Shown here: one piece after another, positions 58,404 through 64,000 of the stretch | Numbering within the stretch: position 1 is the first letter of the stretch | Layout: each line of letters starts with the position of its first letter | Assembly (NCBI GenBank): GCA_963737155.1 | Contig: CAVTRN010000001.1 | Span: 672,001 to 736,000 of the forward strand | Direction: 5' to 3' | Length of the DNA stretch: 64,000 nt | From: Nitrospirota bacterium | Lineage (GTDB): Bacteria; Nitrospirota; UBA9217 | Translations under genes and position numbers: made by a program | The notes under the pieces: model-generated | What the model was told of the DNA's origin: nothing | Seen by the model: the letters and a program-made list of their open reading frames with translations, nothing else | Databases searched by the model: none

Positions 58404-58411
58404 GGGCTGCT

Positions 58412-59134
58412 TTATTTTTTCGTTTCTTCTTTTTTCGGGGCGACCTGCGCTTTCAGGTTCGAAAGATCCACGTCCTTGGGCTGTACTAACTCCGCAACCG
58501 CGGAGTCCAGAATCTTTTCATCCACCGTTATCTTTGCCTTTTCCCTGAGCCCTTTTGCATAAGCGAGATAGAGGTCTCTCCGCTTCTCCTGTAACATCCG
58601 CATTTTTAATTGAGGTTCTATTTCCTTTAAGCTGACCGGTTTGCCGACTGCTTTCGTTATTTTATCCTTGTTCGTAGTGTAATACTCGCGAACCTCCTGG
58701 TCCGTTGGTTGCGCAATCTTGGCCAATTTATCGCCGATCTCTTTTTGCAACACGGTGTTGAAAAGCTCGTTCTTGGCATCGTCCTGCATCCTGCGCTCAA
58801 GCTCTACCTTGAGCATCTCCTGCTTCTTTTTGAATTCACTGTCCTTGTCCAGCCCCTGCCGCTTAGCTTCTTGGATCACCAGCTCGATTCCTATCAAGTC
58901 GTCGAGAAACTCCCTTCTCGCTTTGGGGTCGGCTACCACGGCCTGTTGCATCTGCGGTGCCAGCTCCTCAACCTGTTTTTTGAAATCCGAGGTGGTGATT
59001 GAGCCTTCGTTCACGTGCGCCAAAACGGGGCCGCCCAATGCGACGCCGCCGTTGTTGGATCCTTTATTACATCCTGTAGCTGAAATAACGAGTACAAGCA
59101 GTGATGCTCCAATAACATATCTGTATCTCTTCAT
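58412..59134 (-). CDS. SurA/PrsA N-terminal-domain lipoprotein without a parvulin domain
   Basis: Lipobox ATGC, LAHVNE..IT, EAKRQGLD, LREKAKI; no GGDLG motif. Confidence 0.8.
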   Translation of the reverse strand: MKRYRYVIGASLLVLVISATGCNKGSNNGGVALGGPVLAHVNEGSITTSDFKKQVEELAPQMQQAVVADPKARREFLDDLIGIELVIQEAKRQGLDKDSEFKKKQEMLKVELERRMQDDAKNELFNTVLQKEIGDKLAKIAQPTDQEVREYYTTNKDKITKAVGKPVSLKEIEPQLKMRMLQEKRRDLYLAYAKGLREKAKITVDEKILDSAVAELVQPKDVDLSNLKAQVAPKKEETKK

Positions 59135-59231
59135 GAAGTTGTTTCCTCCGACCAGTTTATTTGTGTCTTTCGTTTTAGTTTTACATGGGGGTTAATTCTG
59201 TGATGAGTATTAGATCAAATAATATAGCACA

Positions 59232-62200
59232 CTAAAGCAGTTCCTGCAAGCACTTTTTCACCGTTTCCGAAGCAGTCTGGAGTGTTTCGTCGGAAAGCGC
59301 GATCCGAAGCGTGTATTCAGAAATAAGCGTGATCCGCCCCTTGTTCCTTTTGAGCAGCGTCATGATACGGTCCGGCGAAATATTCGCGTTCTCAGCAAAA
59401 GTTATCGTGAGGCTCTCCCTGCCCGCATCGATCCGGGATACCCTTGCCAGTCTGGCGATCAGCTTTATGATCATGATCTCAAGTAGATTGACCGCGGGCT
59501 CGGGCAATGCGCCGTACCGGTCGCGGAGTCCCTCGGCAAGGTCGCGGAGCTGGACCTCATCCGATGCGCTCGAGATCTCTTTGTACGCAGCAAGCCGCAG
59601 GCTCATGTCGCTGATGTAATCTTCAGGAATGAACGCCGACGCACGCATATTGATGACCGTTTCGAGCTCTGGAGAAATCTCTTCGCCGCGGAGTTCAGCG
59701 ATTGCCTCTTCCATCATTTGAGTGTAGAGGTCTATGCCAATTGCCGCAATGTGGCCAGACTGCTGCTTGCCAAGCAGATTTCCGGCGCCCCGTGTTTCAA
59801 GGTCCTGCGCCGCGATGCGAAAGCCCGCTCCAAGCTCCGAAAGCTCCTGAATCGCGCGAAGACGCTTGCGTGCCACCTCGTTAAGCGCTTCCTCGGCGGG
59901 CGCCAGCAAATAGGCAAAGGCTTTTTCCCTGCTTCTCCCGACGCGGCCCTTGATCTGATAAAGATCCGCGAGTCCAAACCGGTCTGCGCGATTGATAATG
60001 ATCGTATTTGCGGTTGGTATGTCAATGCCTGATTCGATGATTGTAGTCGTTACGAGCACGTTGAGTGTCCCGGAAATGAACTTCGTCATGACTTCCTCGA
60101 TCTCGTCTTCCTTGAGCTGGCCGTGCGCAATACCGACCTTCGCTTCGGGCACGAGAACTTGAATGAAGTCCGCCATACGCTCGATGCCCTGGATCCGATT
60201 GTGGACAAAGAAGACCTGCCCCCCGCGTTCGATCTCCCGGATGATCGCTTCGCGGATTACACGCTTGCCGAAACGGGCCAGCACCACCTGGATAGCCTGA
60301 CGATCGAGAGGCGGCGTCTGGATGATCGAGAGGTCACGGATCCCGGCAAGCGACATGTGAAGCGTGCGAGGAATCGGCGTGGCCGTGAGCGTGAGAACAT
60401 CAATAAGTTTTTTGAACTCCTTGATCCTCTCCTTGTGCCTCACGCCGAACTTGTGCTCCTCATCCACTACCAGGAGTCCAAGGTTCTTGAATGATACATC
60501 CTTCTGCAGCAGCCGGTGCGTCCCGATAACAATATCCACGACCCCGCTTTTCAGTCCCTTGATCGTTTCCTGCTGCTCGAACCTGGAACGAAAACGGGAT
60601 AGCATGTCTACGCGGATCGAAAACGGGGCGAGTCGCTGGGAAAAGGTCCGGTAGTGTTGATCGGCGAGCAGCGTTGTGGGTACGAGTACCGCTGCCTGCA
60701 TCCCATCCTCCACTGCTTTGAAGGCTGCGCGCAGAGCAACTTCCGTTTTCCCGTAGCCCACATCGCCGCACACGAGGCGGTCCATGGGCCTCGGCCGCTG
60801 CATATCGGACAGCACATCTTCGATGGCCTTCTGCTGGTCCGGCGTCTCTTCATAGGGGAAGACGGACTCGAATTCTCGGTAAAGATTGTCGGGTTGTGAA
60901 AAGGGCGTGCGGTGCATAGCTTCGCGGGCCGCGTAAATCGCGACGAGTTCCTGAGCCATGGCCAGAATGTCTTTCTTTATTTTTTCTTTTGTCTTCGACC
61001 AGGCAGGAGCGCCCAGCCGGTTGAGCTTCGGCTCAGTGCCCTCGATGCCAATGTATTTCTGCACCTTGTCGAGGCTGTAGAGCGGAATATACAATTTTGC
61101 ATCAGGTTCGTAGCGGAGTGTGAGAAAATCGGTCTCGAATCCATCGACATTAATGTGTGTCAGACCCTGGTACTCACCTACACCGTAGTCCGTGTGCACC
61201 ACGAAATCACCCGGTTTGAGCTCCTTGAACGTTGATAGAAAAGGCGCGATCTTCGCTTTCGAAGGCGGCGGCCTGTGGATCTTTCTTCCGAAAATCTCCT
61301 CTTCCGTGATAAAGCAGAAGCCCAGATCCGCCCACACAAAACCCTCGCTAAGCCTGCCGACAATAGCAGTGACCGGCCACGGTCCGGATTCCTGATTAGT
61401 GACCGAAGAGCTAAGCGCGATACCCATGCCTGACTCGGTAAAAAGATTCTTGATCCTCACGGCGGCTTCGTCTGTGCCGCAGACAATGACAACGCGGTTA
61501 AACTCTCTCAGCCTTTTTAGCTTTTCCACGACGCCAGCCAGCGTTCCCTCAGCCGGACCATCGTGGGCCGGATTCCCTTCGACCGGTTTTGTCAGCCTTA
61601 CTCCTAGCCAAGCAGCGGATTTTGTGTCTTGTCGGTAGCCAGCATTTGTACCGAGCAACATAAGGTTGATTACTGAAACTTTGGCAAGTTCGAAAGAGAG
61701 CGCTTTCTGGTCAAGAAAAAACTCTGCTGCTCCTGGCAGCAACCGGCCTTCCGCGGTCTCTTCCTCTCGCCCCACATTGATCCTTTTTTGCTGTACTTCT
61801 ATCTCCTTTTTTATGTCCTCTGCTTCAATGAGAGCAAAACAGCTGTTTGTAGGGAGATATTTGAAAAGACTTTCCATCTCATAAAAAAAAGGCGCTAGGA
61901 ATTCCCCTCCTGGCGGGAGAGTACTCTCTCTGAGCTGCTCGATAAGACCGTCGTCGTCAACGTGATGGCTGAATTGCTCAATCCCCTTTTCGGTAATGAT
62001 TATTTCTCTTACCGGAAGCACCACGGTTTCTCGGATTTCGGAGAGCGAGCGCTGGGTTTCAGGATCGAACTCGCGGAGGGACTCAATCGTATCACCGAAA
62101 AATTCCAGCCGAACCGGAGTGTCATAAAGAGGCGAAAAAAAATCGATGATGCCCCCCCTTCTACTAAACTCACCTATACGGGTGACCAGGGAGGAGGACT

Positions 62201-62696
62201 CATAGCCTGTAGCTACGAGCGCGGCAACCAGACTTTCGGGGTTGATTTGGGAGGTTTCGGTGATTGTCTTAACCGAGTCGGCAAACATCTCCCAGGGGGG
62301 GAGCTTCTGCATCAGCGACTGGGCGGGCACAATGTAGATTCCCGTTTTTCCCGCGATCAGGCTGTAGAGAAACCGCATACGTTCGCCGACCGTACGGCTG
62401 TCCGGGGAATCGGCTTCGAAAGGCAGAACGCCCCACGTTGGAAGGAGATGAACTGACATCGCTTCCTCTGTCTCACCATGAGGCATTTTGTGCCGCAAAA
62501 AATTAACGTCTTCTGCAAGCGCCGCGGCGGCGTCTTCGGTGGCGGTGACGACAACAACGGGGCCGCTAGTTTCGCGGCTCAGCCCGAATAAAAAAAGAGC
62601 CTTCGCGGCCCCCCATAGTTCGCTCACTTCTATTGTTTTTTTTCCTGCCTGGATATCGTTGAGGACAGGTAGGATGATGTCGTACAGTTTCGTCAT
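59232..62696 (-). CDS. mfd: Transcription-repair coupling factor
   Basis: UvrB-homology RRGGIID, RID domain, GDVGYGKT, DEEH, TATPIPRT, TRG motif. Confidence 0.97.
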   Translation of the reverse strand: MTKLYDIILPVLNDIQAGKKTIEVSELWGAAKALFLFGLSRETSGPVVVVTATEDAAAALAEDVNFLRHKMPHGETEEAMSVHLLPTWGVLPFEADSPDSRTVGERMRFLYSLIAGKTGIYIVPAQSLMQKLPPWEMFADSVKTITETSQINPESLVAALVATGYESSSLVTRIGEFSRRGGIIDFFSPLYDTPVRLEFFGDTIESLREFDPETQRSLSEIRETVVLPVREIIITEKGIEQFSHHVDDDGLIEQLRESTLPPGGEFLAPFFYEMESLFKYLPTNSCFALIEAEDIKKEIEVQQKRINVGREEETAEGRLLPGAAEFFLDQKALSFELAKVSVINLMLLGTNAGYRQDTKSAAWLGVRLTKPVEGNPAHDGPAEGTLAGVVEKLKRLREFNRVVIVCGTDEAAVRIKNLFTESGMGIALSSSVTNQESGPWPVTAIVGRLSEGFVWADLGFCFITEEEIFGRKIHRPPPSKAKIAPFLSTFKELKPGDFVVHTDYGVGEYQGLTHINVDGFETDFLTLRYEPDAKLYIPLYSLDKVQKYIGIEGTEPKLNRLGAPAWSKTKEKIKKDILAMAQELVAIYAAREAMHRTPFSQPDNLYREFESVFPYEETPDQQKAIEDVLSDMQRPRPMDRLVCGDVGYGKTEVALRAAFKAVEDGMQAAVLVPTTLLADQHYRTFSQRLAPFSIRVDMLSRFRSRFEQQETIKGLKSGVVDIVIGTHRLLQKDVSFKNLGLLVVDEEHKFGVRHKERIKEFKKLIDVLTLTATPIPRTLHMSLAGIRDLSIIQTPPLDRQAIQVVLARFGKRVIREAIIREIERGGQVFFVHNRIQGIERMADFIQVLVPEAKVGIAHGQLKEDEIEEVMTKFISGTLNVLVTTTIIESGIDIPTANTIIINRADRFGLADLYQIKGRVGRSREKAFAYLLAPAEEALNEVARKRLRAIQELSELGAGFRIAAQDLETRGAGNLLGKQQSGHIAAIGIDLYTQMMEEAIAELRGEEISPELETVINMRASAFIPEDYISDMSLRLAAYKEISSASDEVQLRDLAEGLRDRYGALPEPAVNLLEIMIIKLIARLARVSRIDAGRESLTITFAENANISPDRIMTLLKRNKGRITLISEYTLRIALSDETLQTASETVKKCLQELL

Positions 62697-62788
62697 GTAT
62701 CAAGCATAATAGCACAGCAAGTTGGTTAATTCAATATTGTGAAAATGCGGAGTAGGTCCCATGAAAGATCAATCGACTTGTATTGCGC

Positions 62789-63520
62789 CTACCCGCTCTC
62801 CCAGGCTATTGCCCGCTCGTAATCCTTGAAATGCTTCTCTCTTCTCCTGAACTCACGGGAGTGTACGATTCTCCTGTTCCCTTCCTGGGCGATGCCGATG
62901 GCAGCATGAAGCATTTCATGATATACGATGAAAGTGATGTAATAGCGGGGTACCCTTTTCTTATCGAGCACGGGATTTATTCTTATGATGTTCGACCTTT
63001 CGCTGAAGCTGCCGAGCGTTCGTTTTCTTACAGAGTTGCGCAGACTACGTAAGCCCCATGTAATTCTGGCATTGATCAAGCCTCCAAAATATTCTTCGTT
63101 CACGCTGTTAAATAATTCCCGAAGATCATGGAACCGGCCACATGTCCTGACAAAAACCTTATTCGGAGGACCTGCCTGGATATGTGCCCTGTTGTCGCGA
63201 ACGAACTTCCGAAAGCGGGTCATCTCGCGTCTGTTACCTTGCAGATAATAGGCAATCTCCTCGATCACCTCGTTATCCGCATGGAGAAAGAGCCGGTGCA
63301 GGCGGATTCGCAGAACGTCGTCCCGTTTGCGCACCGACAGCATGGTCGTCGAGTTTTCCGTGAATACGAGAGAGATCGACCGGCCGACACGTTCTTCGAG
63401 ATAATGCTTGAAGGAGCGTTCCGAACGGGCAAAAGATAGGTTCAGGGAATAATTTAACGCTACCCCATCCATGATAATCGTATTTGCAACCTGCTTTCGA
63501 GCATCAGACAAAGTTGTCAC
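62789..63520 (-). CDS. SprT-like zinc metalloprotease-domain protein
   Basis: YHEMLH zinc motif, HSREF, IRINPVLD; start uncertain. Confidence 0.8.
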   Translation of the reverse strand: MTTLSDARKQVANTIIMDGVALNYSLNLSFARSERSFKHYLEERVGRSISLVFTENSTTMLSVRKRDDVLRIRLHRLFLHADNEVIEEIAYYLQGNRREMTRFRKFVRDNRAHIQAGPPNKVFVRTCGRFHDLRELFNSVNEEYFGGLINARITWGLRSLRNSVRKRTLGSFSERSNIIRINPVLDKKRVPRYYITFIVYHEMLHAAIGIAQEGNRRIVHSREFRRREKHFKDYERAIAWESG

Positions 63521-63709
63521 TTCTTTTTAATTCCAGAGGACCGACCAACACTTCCGTTAGCACGAAGCATTGTACGATGTTCACGAAGGGGGAACAAGAA
63601 AAAATATAATCGCTAAAGAAGAAAACTGGGGGAAGGCTAATAATTCGAAGTTGGTACGAGTGATAAACTTCACTTGCTTCATGCTTCTCCGTAGGTTACA
63701 ATTACCGAG

Positions 63710-64000
63710 ATGAGTCTTACGAAGGTTAAGAGGAAGGATTGCACTCGTTGGTATCTTTACATCCTTAGATGCTTCGACGGCTCGCTCTACACTGGCATCG
63801 CTAAGGATCTTCAGCAGCGTGTACGGGCGCACAACAGCGGTACGGCTTCTCGCTATACGCGGTCCCGCCTTCCCGTTACGATTATTTATCAGGAACTCTG
63901 CCGTGGCCACTCTAGCGCACTTAGGAAGGAATATGCAATCAAGCAGTTGTCGAAGAAGGAAAAGGAAAAATACATTATCCGTAAGTCAAAGACACTGGAT
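63710..64000 (+). CDS. GIY-YIG nuclease family protein (UPF0213/YhbQ-like), runs off the right edge
   Basis: Manual translation WYLYILRC.DGSLYTGI..D...R...HNSG...YTR.R.P...AL.KE..IK. Confidence 0.9.
   Translation, partial: MSLTKVKRKDCTRWYLYILRCFDGSLYTGIAKDLQQRVRAHNSGTASRYTRSRLPVTIIYQELCRGHSSALRKEYAIKQLSKKEKEKYIIRKSKTLD

Noticed and set aside
63581-63910. Minus-strand 109-aa ORF
   Set aside because: It overlaps the plus-strand GIY-YIG gene, which has clear family motifs.

Overview
Bacterial chromosomal window. The mfd-SurA cluster, system II cytochrome c biogenesis and XrtA-type EPS genes suggest a Nitrospirota/Desulfobacterota-like anaerobe; this is an inference. The left 34 kb is one co-oriented minus-strand block. 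It starts with a receiver-like gene, an ExeA-like ATPase and a NusG/UpxY antiterminator. Next come Wza/Wzc-like export genes, an OM beta-barrel, a 1736-aa repeat lipoprotein, a priming sugar transferase fused to a degenerate GGDEF-like domain, and WbpB/WbpD-like enzymes. The block then runs into a GNAT, an acyl-CoA dehydrogenase, a YbaK/ProX-like protein, an NRPS (A-PCP-C-A-PCP; Asn and Gly codes), a KS-AT-ACP PKS, an Sfp PPTase, a second rearranged NRPS and two NeuD/PglD-type acyltransferases. No thioesterase or reductase release domain is visible. The best candidate for a new system is an NRPS/PKS line that makes a peptidyl-ketide unit and off-loads it onto a surface-glycan sugar. The right 29 kb is mostly housekeeping (icd, prpE-like, mnmA, resB/ccsA, HU, ftsH, dksA, rlmI-like, three SurA/PPIase-like genes, mfd). 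It also holds mobile debris: two tnpB relics, two identical 151-bp palindromic IS200/IS605-type miniatures, an rve-type IS, IS1634-like ends and a decayed island at tRNA-Val(CAC). All calls were made by eye from motifs; no database searches were run.
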